Shown here piece by piece: positions 61,493-62,000 of a stretch of 62,000 nucleotides of DNA. Each line of letters starts with the position of its first letter. Within the stretch, counting starts at the first letter, position 1. The translations under genes were made by a program, and so were the position numbers. Origin of the DNA: Lama glama (Eukaryota); assembly GCA_028534125.1 (NCBI GenBank), contig CM052817.1, positions 186,001-248,000 on the forward strand, in the 5' to 3' direction. The notes beneath the pieces were generated by a model. The model made no database searches. It was not told the DNA's origin and saw only the letters and a list, made by a program, of their open reading frames with translations.

Positions 61493-62000
61493 CTGGAGGA
61501 GACAAGGCATCAGGACCGCTGGAGTGGAGGCGGCCTCTGTGCTGCCTCCCGCTCCTGAAGGCCTCGCTCCATGGCGGCAGCATACGCTCAGGACACGGCC
61601 ACATGGACAGCCCGAGCCCAGGTGGCCAAGGGGAGGACCTGGCGATCCACACCGGCCGTCCTGGGTCTGCAGCGCCCCCTGGAGTCTCCCGCAGTGCGGT
61701 CACGATTCTGAGTACAAAAGACTGACACAGCCAAGCCAGTCACTGGACTGCCACCTGCGGGAACAGCACAGCCAGCCCTGAACAAGGCTGGGCCCACCCT
61801 CAGGCGGGCTCTTTTCAGTAACCACAGCACCTCCACAGTGCCTAGTTTACAGCCTTCGCGTTAACTGCACGGGGGACAGCTCGTGTCTGATTAGAGCTCT
61901 CAACACGCGGGATCAGCAGACTCGGGCTCTGCTTCTGGTGCTGTCCAGACCGTGCAGCTGCCCGCCCGTGGGACAGCCAGTCACCAACTCTTTTATTCGG

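Overview
Mammalian genomic DNA, GC-rich and repeat-laden, probably camelid (a Vic-1-like tRNA-derived SINE and camelid-type young L1 3' end; inference from remembered consensus sequences). It matches the PCGF3-CPLX1-GAK synteny block (human 4p16.3). It holds the last three coding exons and long 3'UTR of PCGF3 (+), the complete CPLX1 gene (-, 134 aa, three coding exons plus a non-coding first exon in a CpG island), and the last five coding exons of GAK (-, ending in the J-domain). All coding exons were placed by hand at GT-AG sites with consistent phases. Most other ORFs in the track are GC-rich noise or decayed transposons. I found no convincing novel protein-coding system. The most interesting unexplained signals are non-coding: an orphan CpG-island promoter with a (GGC)11 tract between the converging 3' ends of PCGF3 and CPLX1, a spaced (bipartite) REST/RE1 site in CPLX1 intron 1, a 20-bp-phased array of octamer motifs, a homeodomain-motif cluster with a hairpin, an old L1 fragment converted into a CpG-rich patch, nested transposons, and a 500-N gap whose flanks appear contiguous. 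Repeat family names and boundaries are from memory of consensus sequences and are approximate.
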